The notes: generated from the letters alone by a model not told the origin. 64,000 nt of DNA from Candidatus Woesebacteria bacterium (GCA_013374855.1 CP055308.1:661310-725309); one strand, 5' to 3'; counted from the stretch's first letter, positions 21,853 through 31,933 are shown. Made by a program: numbers and translations.

Positions 21853-22257
21853 ATGATTAAAAAGACAATAAAAATTATTGTCACAGAAGCTTTGTCTTTA
21901 TATCTTATCACTCAAGTAGTTGAGGGTGTTTATTTTAAAGGGGGAGTAGAAACATTCTTCTGGGCAGTTTTTGCACTCTCTATGGCAACTTATCTTGTCA
22001 AACCAATTATAAATTTATTAATATTACCTTTGAATTTAATAACTTTTGGTTTCTTTAGATGGGTATCTTCAGTTTTGGCTTTATATCTTGTAACATTAAC
22101 TGTTAAAGACTTTATGATTGAAAGATTTTTCTTTCCCGGACTTAGCACTTATTGGATAGATATTCCCCAACTTAATTTTCAAGGTTTTTTTGCAATACTT
22201 GCATATTCGCTTTCGCTCTCAATCATCACTTCATTCCTCCGATGGGTATTCAAATAG
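21853..22257 (+). CDS. multi-pass membrane protein, PF04020 (phage holin 4_2)-like
   Basis: Four predicted TM helices. Paralog of 40653..40991. Confidence 0.45.
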   Translation: MIKKTIKIIVTEALSLYLITQVVEGVYFKGGVETFFWAVFALSMATYLVKPIINLLILPLNLITFGFFRWVSSVLALYLVTLTVKDFMIERFFFPGLSTYWIDIPQLNFQGFFAILAYSLSLSIITSFLRWVFK

Positions 22258-22286
22258 AATTTTCTATAGTATAATAAAAAGCTAAT

Positions 22287-22502
22287 ATGGCAAACTTTTT
22301 TTTCTGGAGTCAAATAATATCAGCCATTGCAGTAATTTTTTTGGTTACAATCCAAACAAAAGGCACGGGTCTTGGCAGATCTTTCGGACAATCATCAAGC
22401 ATCGCCTTCAAAAGAAGAGGAGTGGAAAAACTTGTGTTTCGACTAACATTTATTTTTTCTTTTCTCTTTTTATTTTCCTCTATAATTAGGGTATTAATAT
22501 AA
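22287..22502 (+). CDS. secG: preprotein translocase subunit SecG
   Basis: 71 aa with two TM helices and a central glycine-rich loop (GTGLGRSFGQSSS), typical of SecG. Confidence 0.6.
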   Translation: MANFFFWSQIISAIAVIFLVTIQTKGTGLGRSFGQSSSIAFKRRGVEKLVFRLTFIFSFLFLFSSIIRVLI

Positions 22503-22520
22503 TAACCTATTACAAAAACA

Positions 22521-23861
22521 ATGTCTTTTTCTGTTAAGTACTCAATAAAATTATTAGGTGCTTTCTTAGTTAGATTCAAGGGACTTATTGCTTTGGGGCT
22601 TTTCTTGGGCGTATTTTTCTTTTTTATTTTTAAATGGCTTGTTACTCCTTTTCTTATTAACGCAAAAACAGAGAAAATTGGTTTGATAGGAAGCTATACA
22701 CCAGAAAGATTGCCACAATCAATTACAAACTTGATAAGCAATGGCTTAACCAAACCCACACCAGAAGGTCTTTTTGAACCGGCTTTAGCCGAAAGCTGGG
22801 AAACTCCAGACAAAGGCAAAACCTGGATATTTCATTTAAAAGAAAATGTTTACTGGCAAGATGGTTCCAAGATTAAAAGCGTAGATATTAATTACCAATT
22901 TTCTGATGTGGAACAGGAAAAGCCTGACGAAAAAACAATAATATTTAAACTTAAAAACCCTTTCTCACCATTCCCTTCAGTTGTTTCAAGACCCATATTC
23001 AAAAATGGACTACTAGGAACAGAGGAGTGGCAAGTCAAAAAGATAAATCTTCGTGGATCGGCAGTACAAGAAATGGAGATCGTAAACAAAAAGAACAAAT
23101 TGAAAAGAATTTACAAATTTTTTCCCACAGAGGATACCTTAAAACTTGCTTTTAAGATGGGTAAGGTAGATAAAATCATAGACATAATAGACCCAAATCC
23201 TTTTGATAAGTGGACAGCAGCAAAGGTTGATTCAAAAATCGACTATGAGGAAATTGTAACTTTATTTTTCAACACTCAAGATAGCGTTCTTTCAGAAAAA
23301 AACATTCGTCAAGCTCTTTATTATGCTATCAATAGAGAAGAACTTGGAAAAGAAAAAGCTTTTTCTCCTATTATCCCAACATCTTGGGCACACAACTCTC
23401 TGGTAAAAACCTACGATTACGATCCGGAAAAGGCAAAAAAGATCATAAACAGCCTCCCTCAAGAGGTTAAAGATAAATTGTCAATAAAAATATCCACCAC
23501 CAACTCTCTTTTTCCTCAAGCAGAAAAAATATCCAAAATGTGGCAAGAAATTGGAATAAAAGCAGAAGTATCCGTATTTAATACAATACCAGACACCTAT
23601 CAGGCGTTACTTGTCATTTTTCAGCCTCCCACAGATCCTGATCAGTATTCCATTTGGCATTCAACCCAAGAGTCAACAAACTATTCGAAATTAAAAAATC
23701 CAAGAATAGACGCCTTATTAGAACAGGGGAGAAGCATTCTTGATTTAGAGGAAAGATTAAAAATTTATCTTGATTTCCAAAGATTTCTTTTAGAAGATGC
23801 TTCTGCAGCGTTTCTTTATCATCCAACATATTACACAATAAGTAGAAAAAAACTTTTTTGA
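22521..23861 (+). CDS. ABC transporter substrate-binding protein, family 5 (peptide/nickel type), membrane-anchored
   Basis: N-terminal TM anchor followed by an SBP_bac_5-like fold. Confidence 0.55.
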   Translation: MSFSVKYSIKLLGAFLVRFKGLIALGLFLGVFFFFIFKWLVTPFLINAKTEKIGLIGSYTPERLPQSITNLISNGLTKPTPEGLFEPALAESWETPDKGKTWIFHLKENVYWQDGSKIKSVDINYQFSDVEQEKPDEKTIIFKLKNPFSPFPSVVSRPIFKNGLLGTEEWQVKKINLRGSAVQEMEIVNKKNKLKRIYKFFPTEDTLKLAFKMGKVDKIIDIIDPNPFDKWTAAKVDSKIDYEEIVTLFFNTQDSVLSEKNIRQALYYAINREELGKEKAFSPIIPTSWAHNSLVKTYDYDPEKAKKIINSLPQEVKDKLSIKISTTNSLFPQAEKISKMWQEIGIKAEVSVFNTIPDTYQALLVIFQPPTDPDQYSIWHSTQESTNYSKLKNPRIDALLEQGRSILDLEERLKIYLDFQRFLLEDASAAFLYHPTYYTISRKKLF

Positions 23862-23874
23862 TATAATTTAGAGT

Positions 23875-24219
23875 ATGCTTGAGTTTTTGTTATCTATAAC
23901 TGCAGGCTATAAATTAGCCAAAACCTTCTCACATCCTACTTCAAAAATAAGAAAAAGAATACCTGAAATTAAAATCAAATTTATACAAGTTCTGCCAAAT
24001 ATTAAAATTCACCTAAAGGGCCGAGTAATTCATGTACACCATTGGATTTTCTTGTCGGTTGTTTTGATCTTAAGTTTTAAATCCAATTCAATGATTTCTG
24101 ATTCGTTAATTCTCAAAGGTTTGTTAAGTGGGGGAATAATCCAGGGATTCTCATTTCCCGATTGGAAAAAAATATTAATTAAGCAAGAAAAAAATATTGG
24201 GGTGGCTGAGCGGATTTGA
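23875..24219 (+). CDS. hypothetical membrane protein
   Basis: ORF with one hydrophobic segment and no recognisable motif. Abuts tRNA-His. Confidence 0.25.
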   Translation: MLEFLLSITAGYKLAKTFSHPTSKIRKRIPEIKIKFIQVLPNIKIHLKGRVIHVHHWIFLSVVLILSFKSNSMISDSLILKGLLSGGIIQGFSFPDWKKILIKQEKNIGVAERI

Positions 24220-24294
24220 ACCGCCAACCCCTTGCTCCACAGGCAAGTGCTCTAACCATTGAGCTACAGCCACCAACTTTTACAATTTTAACAA
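24218..24294 (-). tRNA. tRNA-His (anticodon GTG)
   Basis: Cloverleaf folded by hand: extra G-1 paired to discriminator C73 (His hallmark), anticodon loop CTGTGGA, T-loop TTCAAAT, CCA encoded. Confidence 0.85.
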
Positions 24295-24319
24295 AAATTA
24301 CATATTTTCACAAAGCATA

Positions 24320-25018
24320 TTGACAAGTTTAGTTGTCTTGGTGCAAAATGAACTAATGCCTGAGGAAAAAGACAAAAGTAAAATAAAAGTAGAGGTTATC
24401 AAAGAAGAATTACCTACAGAGATAAAAACAGAAAAAAAGGAAAATAAGGAAAACCTTTATTTTGAAGAAAGAGAAATAAAAAGGGAAGAGGAAAAGGAAG
24501 AAAACAAAACAGATGAGGATAAAAAACCAAAACCTAAGAGCGAAAAAACTCCTTTTTTTATCCTATTTTTAGTCTTTCTCTTTGGCTTGGTAATAGGAGC
24601 GGGTCTGATAGGTGGAATATTCTACTACAAAATGAAAATGGAGGGTATGCCAAAGCTTGCATCTGTTAAAGAAACTCCAAAGCCAGAAGAAAAAAAAGAG
24701 GAACCAACACCCACTCCCAAGCCACAAGAGGTCAACATCAAAGATCTCAAGGTACTGATACTGAATGGTTCTGGAATTAAAGGAGAAGCCAAAAGAGTAG
24801 AAGACTTACTTAAGAAAGAAGAATTTGAAAAAACAGAAACAGGAAACGCAGATTCATATAATTATACAGATACAATTGTTTACTTGAAAGAAAACCTAAA
24901 AGACTCGGTTTATGACAAAATAGAGAAAACACTTTCCAATTTTTCTATCAAAAAGGATGTTTTAGAAAAAGATAGTCCTTATGATATAAAAATTATCGTT
25001 GGTAAAGCTAGAAAATAA
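24320..25018 (+). CDS. membrane protein with K/E-rich linker and C-terminal LytR_C domain
   Basis: Charged low-complexity N-terminus, one TM helix, and a C-terminal LKVLILNGSGIKGEA...IVYL region matching the LytR_C pattern. Confidence 0.45.
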   Translation: MTSLVVLVQNELMPEEKDKSKIKVEVIKEELPTEIKTEKKENKENLYFEEREIKREEEKEENKTDEDKKPKPKSEKTPFFILFLVFLFGLVIGAGLIGGIFYYKMKMEGMPKLASVKETPKPEEKKEEPTPTPKPQEVNIKDLKVLILNGSGIKGEAKRVEDLLKKEEFEKTETGNADSYNYTDTIVYLKENLKDSVYDKIEKTLSNFSIKKDVLEKDSPYDIKIIVGKARK

Positions 25019-25147
25019 CCTTCCTGCTTGCAATACTATCTTCTGTTTAGATAAAATATAGCCATAGTTAGATTTACTTACATAAAGCAAAAAAGAATTT
25101 TTTAAAAGAAATATAACAAAAAATATTCTTTAAAATTTAATTCACAA

Positions 25148-25232
25148 GCCGAGGTGGCGGAATGGTATACGCGCAGGACTTAAAATCCTGTGGTCCAACT
25201 GGATCGTGAGGGTTCGAGTCCCTCCCTCGGCA
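25148..25232 (+). tRNA. tRNA-Leu (anticodon TAA)
   Basis: Acceptor GCCGAGG/CCTCGGC, anticodon loop CTTAAAA, long variable arm, T-loop GGTTCGAGTCC. Confidence 0.85.
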
Positions 25233-25254
25233 CAATCCAATCTATGTTCTATAT

Positions 25255-25327
25255 CGGGGATTGGCTCAGTTGGTAGAGCGCACGGTTTGGGACCGTGAGG
25301 TCGTCGGTTCGAATCCGACATCCCCGA
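25255..25327 (+). tRNA. tRNA-Pro (anticodon TGG)
   Basis: Acceptor CGGGGAT/ATCCCCG, anticodon loop TTTGGGA, T-loop GGTTCGAATCC. Confidence 0.85.
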
Positions 25328-25419
25328 CAAACAAAGAGAATATATTGCTGTTCAAAATTGTAATGTACACAACTTAAAAACTGGAGAGTATAAAAATTTA
25401 TCATTTAGAAAAATAAAAG

Positions 25420-26541
25420 ATGATAAATCTCGCTATAATCTTTGGAGCAAAATCAACTGAACATGAGGTATCTATAATTTCTACCCTCCAGGCACTTGAT
25501 TGGATAGACAGAAACAAATACCATCCCTTTCTTATTTATATAGACCACAACAATAATCCTCTGCTTTGTAAATGGCCTAAGAAAAGAGATTTCTCTGGTT
25601 TTATAGAAAGAACTATCAAGAGTAGAAATAATGTCGAATTTACAAGAGGAGGAATAAAAATAGGTAAATTATTAAAAAAAACAGTAAAAATAGATGTTGC
25701 TCTTCTTATTATGCATGGGGCATATGGTGAAGATGGAAAAATCCAAGGTATCCTTGATTTTTATGATATAGCCTACACTGGATGTGATGTAACAGGAAGT
25801 GCTTTGGGAATGGACAAAGTTTTATCAAAAGAGATATTTAGCAAAGCAGGGTTGCCTGTTTGCCCTTTTGTTTGGTTTTGGGATAAAGAATTCAAGGAAC
25901 AAAGGAAAGAAATATTGGACAAAATTGACAAAAATCTTAAGTACCCACTTTTTGTAAAACCAGCAAACAGCGGCTCAAGCGTCGGTATAACAAAGGTAAA
26001 AAACAGAAAAAATTTAGAAAAGGCAATTGAAAAAGCATCCAAATTTGATCACAAAATACTTGTAGAACAAGCTGTAGAAAAAGCCTTTGACATAAACTGC
26101 GCAGTAATAGGTGATTATGATCTAAAAGTTTCAGTTTGCGAGCAACCAATCAGTGAAGATGAATTTTTGTCATTTCAAGAAAAATATCTAAAAGGAGGGA
26201 AAACTAAAGGTATGGCTGGGCTTTCAAGAATAGTTCCAGCTCCAATTCCGGAAGAAATATCGAAAAAAATACAGGAGTTTGCAAAAACCGCCTTTAGAGA
26301 AATTGGAGGGTTTGGAATGGCAAGAATAGATTTTCTATACCAACCAAAAACTAAAAAAGTTTTTATAAACGAAGTCAACACAATACCCGGATCTCTTGCT
26401 TTTTACCTATGGCAAGCAAGTGGGATAAAACCCGAAAAAATGATTGATCAAATGATTTCTATTGCAATTAAAAGAAAGAAAGAAAAGAACCTACTCTCTT
26501 TTGAGTTTAAGAGCAAAATTCTAGAAAAGACAAAAATTTAA
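25420..26541 (+). CDS. ddl: D-alanine--D-alanine ligase
   Basis: ATP-grasp enzyme with Ddl N-terminal domain (HGAYGEDGKIQGILDFYDIAYTGCDVTGSALGMDK) and C-terminal ATP-grasp (EVNTIPG). Confidence 0.85.
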   Translation: MINLAIIFGAKSTEHEVSIISTLQALDWIDRNKYHPFLIYIDHNNNPLLCKWPKKRDFSGFIERTIKSRNNVEFTRGGIKIGKLLKKTVKIDVALLIMHGAYGEDGKIQGILDFYDIAYTGCDVTGSALGMDKVLSKEIFSKAGLPVCPFVWFWDKEFKEQRKEILDKIDKNLKYPLFVKPANSGSSVGITKVKNRKNLEKAIEKASKFDHKILVEQAVEKAFDINCAVIGDYDLKVSVCEQPISEDEFLSFQEKYLKGGKTKGMAGLSRIVPAPIPEEISKKIQEFAKTAFREIGGFGMARIDFLYQPKTKKVFINEVNTIPGSLAFYLWQASGIKPEKMIDQMISIAIKRKKEKNLLSFEFKSKILEKTKI

Positions 26542-26543
26542 AA

Positions 26544-27704
26544 CTAAAAGTAATGATCAGGAAGTTCATTTTCAATTAAAATAACAGATGGCGGTTTGAA
26601 ATAAGGCATAATCACCTCTTGAATACTTTCATTTTTTCCAACAAGCAGAACTTTAAGTTTTTTATTTTTGGCAGCCAAAGCACCATTCTTAAGAGATTTT
26701 TTGTTAGTTTTACCAACTATAACAAAAATATCAACTAATCCAGCCGCATATTTGGCAGCTAGAAAATTAAATTCATACTGCTTTTCCCCAAGCTCTATCA
26801 TACCCGGAGTTATTAATATCTTTTGTCCCTTATATCTTTTAAGTCTATCTACCGCCTTTCTAAAACCAAGTGGATTTGAGTTATAAGAGTCATCAAGAAC
26901 TAATAAATTTTTATTTTCTCTTCTCTCTTCAAGTCTATGAGGAACACCTGTAAAATTTTCTAAACCTCTTTCTATTTCACTTTTGTTTAGATCTAGAGAA
27001 GAACTTATCTTTTTTACCACTTTATCAAAATCAATAAACTGATGAAACGAAGTGGGAACAAAAAGTTTATTCTTATCCGATATAAAAGGTATTAATTCTA
27101 ATTTTGCCTCCCTTATATTTCTTATACTCCCAAATCTTTCAAGATGCATTACGCCAAAAATAGTTATAACACCATAATCAGGTTTAGTTAAATCGCAAAC
27201 CTCTCTAATGTCGCCCTTTTTATAAGCACCAGCCTCTACAACAAAGATCTCGTGGTTTTTGTTTAATATTTTAAGAATAACTTTTGCTATACCAATTCTA
27301 GTATTAATATTCTCAGGAGTCTTTAGAACCTCATACTTTTGACTAAGAACAAAAGCAAGCTTTTCCTTAAAAGTGGTTTTTCCATAACTTCCGGTAATAA
27401 CTATCCTTACTAAATTGGGGTAGAAATATAACTTTGTTTTCGCAAGAAAAACCAAAATCTCCTCAAGAATTTTAAAAAAAACTCCAATTATTTTGTTTGA
27501 CATTCCAATTGATTTCTTTTCCCCAAAAAAAGGCAGAAATAGCAAGGAAAAAACAAATGTAAGCACAATTCTTGGTGTTAGAACAAGTTTCTTTTTCCTC
27601 TCTTCAAGATCTGCGATATTATTCCTTTTTAACCAATCAAAATATCTGCTTGTTTGATACTCCTCGAGTTGTAAAAGGTAAAGCAATTTCCTTAAATCTT
27701 TCAT
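26544..27704 (-). CDS. murF: UDP-N-acetylmuramoyl-tripeptide--D-alanyl-D-alanine ligase
   Basis: Mur ligase P-loop ITGSYGKTT with central and C-terminal Mur domains. Convergent with ddl. Confidence 0.75.
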   Translation of the reverse strand: MKDLRKLLYLLQLEEYQTSRYFDWLKRNNIADLEERKKKLVLTPRIVLTFVFSLLFLPFFGEKKSIGMSNKIIGVFFKILEEILVFLAKTKLYFYPNLVRIVITGSYGKTTFKEKLAFVLSQKYEVLKTPENINTRIGIAKVILKILNKNHEIFVVEAGAYKKGDIREVCDLTKPDYGVITIFGVMHLERFGSIRNIREAKLELIPFISDKNKLFVPTSFHQFIDFDKVVKKISSSLDLNKSEIERGLENFTGVPHRLEERRENKNLLVLDDSYNSNPLGFRKAVDRLKRYKGQKILITPGMIELGEKQYEFNFLAAKYAAGLVDIFVIVGKTNKKSLKNGALAAKNKKLKVLLVGKNESIQEVIMPYFKPPSVILIENELPDHYF

Positions 27705-28402
27705 AAATTACTAAAAAATTCATCTATCAAAGAAGCCACTTTTTGAGGTTTTTCGATAAAGGGAAAGTGAGCTGTATTCCTAATTATTTTAACCGAAGAA
27801 CTTTTAATAAGACTGCTTATTAGAAAAGCATCTGCACTTGGCAACTCGTTATCCCCGTCACCCCATATTATCAAAGTAGGAGTTTTTATTCTTGAGAAAT
27901 CTTTTTTCAAGTCCTCTTTTACCACCTCCTTGAAAACTGGCAAAAGTTTACCTGCTTCTTTGTAATCATGACTTATCAAAAACCTTTTAAAAATATTAAG
28001 CATTGGAAACCTCTTTAAAAATGGCAAAAACGGATAATAAAATCTGGGGTGGGGAATTCCAGAAGTAGAAATCAAAATAAGACCTTTTATCAAACTGGGA
28101 TTATCAGCTGCAATGATGCTTGCAATTTTACCACCAAAAGAATGTCCAACCAGAACAATATTACAAATTCTTTTTGTTTTAAGCCATAGAGTAATAAATT
28201 CAGCATAATCATAAGAATTATTTAACCCTGATCTATAAGGTGTTTTCCCAAATCCAGGCATATCCAACAAATAAATTTTATATTTATGATAAAGATGGGG
28301 TATAAGAGGAGTAAAACATTTACCGCTTTGCTGCCAGCCATGAAGGAAAACCAAACTTTTTTTACCTTTTCCAAAAGAAAGATAATGGGTTTCTTTTGTC
28401 AT
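27701..28402 (-). CDS. alpha/beta-fold hydrolase
   Basis: GHSFGG nucleophile elbow and HGWQQS oxyanion region. Confidence 0.6.
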   Translation of the reverse strand: MTKETHYLSFGKGKKSLVFLHGWQQSGKCFTPLIPHLYHKYKIYLLDMPGFGKTPYRSGLNNSYDYAEFITLWLKTKRICNIVLVGHSFGGKIASIIAADNPSLIKGLILISTSGIPHPRFYYPFLPFLKRFPMLNIFKRFLISHDYKEAGKLLPVFKEVVKEDLKKDFSRIKTPTLIIWGDGDNELPSADAFLISSLIKSSSVKIIRNTAHFPFIEKPQKVASLIDEFFSNL

Positions 28403-28478
28403 TAAGCCAATTTTATCATAGCCTAAGATTACTTACTTGTAGAAAAAGTTCTAAATAAATATAATATATCCAAAGAAA

Positions 28479-28549
28479 GCGGGATTAGTTGAGCGGCTCA
28501 ACAGCTCCCTTCCAAGGAGCAGAGACGGGTTCGACTCCCGTATCCCGCT
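28479..28549 (+). tRNA. tRNA-Gly (anticodon TCC)
   Basis: Acceptor GCGGGAT/ATCCCGC, anticodon loop CTTCCAA, T-loop GGGTTCGACTCCC. Confidence 0.8.
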
Positions 28550-28585
28550 CACCTTTTTATGTTGAAAAATAAGCTCCTAATTTTC

Positions 28586-30277
28586 CTAATTGGAAATCGC
28601 AGCTTTTAAAAAAGAGACAAAAATAGGGTGGGGGGTAAGAGGGCGGCTTAAGTATTCGGGGTGAAATTGTGTTCCTACAAAAAAGGGATTATTTTTAATT
28701 TCAATAGCTTCAACCAGCTTTTTATCAGGAGAAATGCCAGATATCACAAAACCCTCCCTTTCAAAAAGCTTTCTGTATTTTAAATTAAACTCGTATCTAT
28801 GTCTGTGTCTTTCAAAAATAGTAAGTTCTTTTGTTCTATGATATTTCTTATCTCTTGGAATAAACCAGGGACTATCTGGATTCTTGCCATAGATAGTATA
28901 GGCTTTTTCCAAAATAGTGCCTTTTTTAACCACACAAGGCCACGCACCAAGTCTTATTGTTCCTCCGTACTGCTTTTCCTCAAGATATTTTTTCTGATTC
29001 GGCATTATATGAATTACAGGGTAGAGAGTTTGAGGGTTAACTTCCTGAGAATTAGCACCCACAAGCCCTAAAACATTTCTTGCAAATTCAATCACTGCCA
29101 TTTGCATTCCAAAACAAAGACCCAAATAAGGAATTTTATTTTCTCTCGCGAATCTCACTGCATTAATTTTTCCTTCCACACCGCGGCTTCCCCATCCTTG
29201 TGGAACAATAATGCCATCTACACCAGAGAGTTTTTCTTTAACCTCTTCCTGTGTAGAATTGTCAAAATCAGAAGAATTAAACCATACAACCTGAGGTTGA
29301 ACACCCCAAAAGCAACCAGCGTGCTTTAAAGCTTCTATTACACAAACATAAGAATCAGAAAGCAAATAATCTCCTGTTTTTTGATATTTACCCACAATTC
29401 CTATTTTTACCTTCTTTGCCGCTTGTACAAAAACCATTTTTTCCCATTTTCTAGCTAGGGACTTATCTGCGAGTTTTTTCTTCAAACCCAGAAAAGAAAT
29501 TATTTTTTCATCCAATTTCTGTTTTTGCAAAACAAGAGGTGCTTTATAAACATTATCAAGATCAGGGTTTGAAATTATATTCTCAACTGGTACGTTTGAG
29601 ACAAGAGAAATTTTACTTTTTCGCTTTAAATCAACTTCTTTTTCCGCTCGGCAAATTATAAAATCTGGCTGAATTCCAAGAGAATGAAGATGAGATATTG
29701 ACTGCTGAATTGGCTTTGATTTAAGCTCTCCAATCGAAGGGGGAGCAGGAAGATACCCCACATGGACAAAGCAGATGTCCTTAGGCCGTTTTAATCTTAT
29801 TCTCCTTGCTGCTTCATAAAACAAAAGCCCTTCATATTCTCCTACAGTTCCTCCAAGCTCTACTATCAAAATTTCGGCTTTATGTTTTCTGCCGGCTGCT
29901 TCCCATTTGGCTGTTATTTCAGGAGGTATATGATGGTATGGCTCAACACAAGCTCCATCGTAAAAAAGAGCTCTCTCTTTATCTAAAACTTCTTTATAGA
30001 TCTGGCCATTGGTTAGATAGTTTTCCCGAAACAAATTTTCTCCCAAAAATCGCTCGTAATGACCAAGATCTTGGTCTGTTTCAACACCATCGTGAGTAAC
30101 AAACACTTCTCCATGTTCAATCGGGTTCATAGTACCTGCATCAATATTTAAGTACATATCACACTTCATTATTGTTACCCGATAACCTTTTGTTTTAAGA
30201 AGAAAACCAATTGAAGAGGCTGTTATCCCTTTTCCCAAACCACTTAAAACTCCACCTGATACAATAATAAATTTCAT
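28586..30277 (-). CDS. pyrG: CTP synthase
   Basis: MKFIIVSGGVLSGLGKGITASSIG N-terminus and GATase domain (GLCFGMQ). Confidence 0.95.
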   Translation of the reverse strand: MKFIIVSGGVLSGLGKGITASSIGFLLKTKGYRVTIMKCDMYLNIDAGTMNPIEHGEVFVTHDGVETDQDLGHYERFLGENLFRENYLTNGQIYKEVLDKERALFYDGACVEPYHHIPPEITAKWEAAGRKHKAEILIVELGGTVGEYEGLLFYEAARRIRLKRPKDICFVHVGYLPAPPSIGELKSKPIQQSISHLHSLGIQPDFIICRAEKEVDLKRKSKISLVSNVPVENIISNPDLDNVYKAPLVLQKQKLDEKIISFLGLKKKLADKSLARKWEKMVFVQAAKKVKIGIVGKYQKTGDYLLSDSYVCVIEALKHAGCFWGVQPQVVWFNSSDFDNSTQEEVKEKLSGVDGIIVPQGWGSRGVEGKINAVRFARENKIPYLGLCFGMQMAVIEFARNVLGLVGANSQEVNPQTLYPVIHIMPNQKKYLEEKQYGGTIRLGAWPCVVKKGTILEKAYTIYGKNPDSPWFIPRDKKYHRTKELTIFERHRHRYEFNLKYRKLFEREGFVISGISPDKKLVEAIEIKNNPFFVGTQFHPEYLSRPLTPHPIFVSFLKAAISN

Positions 30278-30336
30278 TTTTAGGAAAAGGACTCTGTTGT
30301 AAATTAAATCAACAAGAAGATATTGTCAAGTAGCAG

Positions 30337-30408
30337 TGCGCCTGGAGAGAATCGAACTCCCATATTCGGTTCCGAAGACCGACGTTCTGTCCGTTGAACT
30401 ACAGGCGC
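30337..30408 (-). tRNA. tRNA-Arg (anticodon TCG)
   Basis: Reverse complement folds with acceptor GCGCCTG, anticodon loop CTTCGGA, T-loop GGGAGTTCGATTCTC. Confidence 0.8.
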
Positions 30409-30450
30409 ATTTAGACAAAGAAATAGCTAGCCTGTATAATTATAGGCCAG

Positions 30451-31533
30451 ATGGCAGATATTTATCAACAAATTGAGGATATCCAAAAGGAAATAAGAGA
30501 AACCCCATATCACAAAGGCACAGAACACCACATTGGTCTTCTGCGTGCTCGTATCGCACGATTAAGGGATAAACTGCTTGAATCAACAAGCAAAAAATCA
30601 GGTGGTGGGGGAGGATACGCTATTAAAAAGCAAGGTGATGCAACCATTGTTCTTGTTGGCCCACCTTCTGTTGGTAAATCAACCCTTATAAACAGATTGA
30701 CAAACGCCAACTCCAAGATTGCTCCTTACGCTTTTACAACAGTCTCAGTTATTCCAGGGATGATGAACTATAGAAACGCAAAAATTCAAATCCTTGATGT
30801 TCCAGGACTCATCGAGGGAGCAGAAGAAGGGAAAGGAAGAGGAAAAGAAGTAATTTCCGTCATCAGAGGTTCTGACCTTCTGGTTCTTATAACTGAACCA
30901 ACAAAAATAGAAGCTCTTGAAAGAATATCTACTGCGCTTGAAAAAAACGGAATAAGAATAAATAAAGAAAGACCAGATATCAAGATTGAAAAAAAGACTC
31001 AAGGTGGAATAAAGGTCTTTTCAAATATAAACCAAGATTTATCAAAAGAGACAATCAAAGATATCATTCTTGAAATGGGAATAAGAAATGCTGAAATTAA
31101 GATAAACCAAAAAATAAGCATAGAAGAATTAATTGATGCTCTTTCCAAAAATAGAGTCTATATCCCTGCTGTTTTTGTTGTTAATAAGTCAGATCTAATT
31201 GCCAATAAAGAACAAGGAGATGGCAGTATAGAAAAACCCATTCTAATAAGTGCTCAAGAAGGTTATGGAATAGAAATCTTTCTTGAATCAGTTTGGAAAA
31301 AATTAAAACTTATAAACGTTTATTTAGTGGGGCCAGATGAAAGACCATCACTTAGAAACCCAATGATAATAAAGGATGGCTTAACATTGTACGACATTGC
31401 AAAAAAAATTGGAGATGATTTTGCCCAAAAAGTTAAATCCGCAATAATCTGGGGAAATAGTGCAAAATTTGAAGGGCAACAAGTTTCTCTCAAAACAAAA
31501 GCGACAGATGGAATGATGGTAAGATTTGTTTGA
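30451..31533 (+). CDS. OBG-class GTPase of the DRG/Rbg1-like type with C-terminal TGS domain
   Basis: G1 GPPSVGKST, G3 DVPG, G4 NKSD, plus a C-terminal TGS-like region. Domain order matches archaeal/eukaryotic DRG proteins. Confidence 0.7.
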   Translation: MADIYQQIEDIQKEIRETPYHKGTEHHIGLLRARIARLRDKLLESTSKKSGGGGGYAIKKQGDATIVLVGPPSVGKSTLINRLTNANSKIAPYAFTTVSVIPGMMNYRNAKIQILDVPGLIEGAEEGKGRGKEVISVIRGSDLLVLITEPTKIEALERISTALEKNGIRINKERPDIKIEKKTQGGIKVFSNINQDLSKETIKDIILEMGIRNAEIKINQKISIEELIDALSKNRVYIPAVFVVNKSDLIANKEQGDGSIEKPILISAQEGYGIEIFLESVWKKLKLINVYLVGPDERPSLRNPMIIKDGLTLYDIAKKIGDDFAQKVKSAIIWGNSAKFEGQQVSLKTKATDGMMVRFV

Positions 31534-31560
31534 AAAATATTCTTCTGTTGTTTAATAATG

Positions 31561-31632
31561 AGCGGTGGAAGGGATTTGAACCCTCGACCTCTTCCTTGGC
31601 AAGGAAGCGTTCTACCACTGAACTACCACCGC
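31561..31632 (-). tRNA. tRNA-Gly (anticodon GCC)
   Basis: Reverse complement: acceptor GCGGTGG, anticodon loop TTGCCAA, T-loop GGGTTCAAATCCC. Confidence 0.85.
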
Positions 31633-31652
31633 ATCTCTTTATTAAATTAATG

Positions 31653-31725
31653 TGCCGAGGGCGTGAGTCGAACACGCATCTGACGCTCTTCAGGCGCCCG
31701 CCGTGACCACCTTGGCTACCTCGGC
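31653..31725 (-). tRNA. tRNA-Phe (anticodon GAA), atypical D-arm
   Basis: Reverse complement: acceptor GCCGAGG, anticodon stem GGCGC/GCGTC (one G-U), loop CTGAAGA, T-loop GTGTTCGACTCAC. D-loop of 9 nt on a 3-4 bp stem is unusual. Confidence 0.65.
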
Positions 31726-31753
31726 TTTTCTGGTAAAAAGTATTATATCAAAA

Positions 31754-31933
31754 AGTCAACGACCAATAAACTTTCCTATCAAAGTAAAAACCAAAAAGGC
31801 AACTACTATACCAATTAAAATCTTAATCATAAAAACAAACTCCGGATAAGCAGAAAGAGTACTCCAAAATTTTCTAGATATCAAAGCCAGCCAATAATCA
31901 ATGGATGCTTTTTGATATTTTTCCTCAATAGAC
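31754..31933 (-). CDS. hypothetical small membrane protein (59 aa) inside the tRNA cluster
   Basis: ORF MSIEEKYQKASIDYWLALISRKFW...IVVAFLVFTLIGKFIGR, below the ORF-track length cutoff. One predicted TM helix; no other support. Confidence 0.2.

Noticed and set aside
22310-22579. ORF-track CDS on - strand overlapping secG
   Set aside because: Antisense to a conserved SecG reading frame; no support.
25142-25330. ORF-track CDS (62 aa, - strand)
   Set aside because: Lies entirely over tRNA-Leu(TAA) and tRNA-Pro(TGG). Protein is an artefact of the tRNA sequence.
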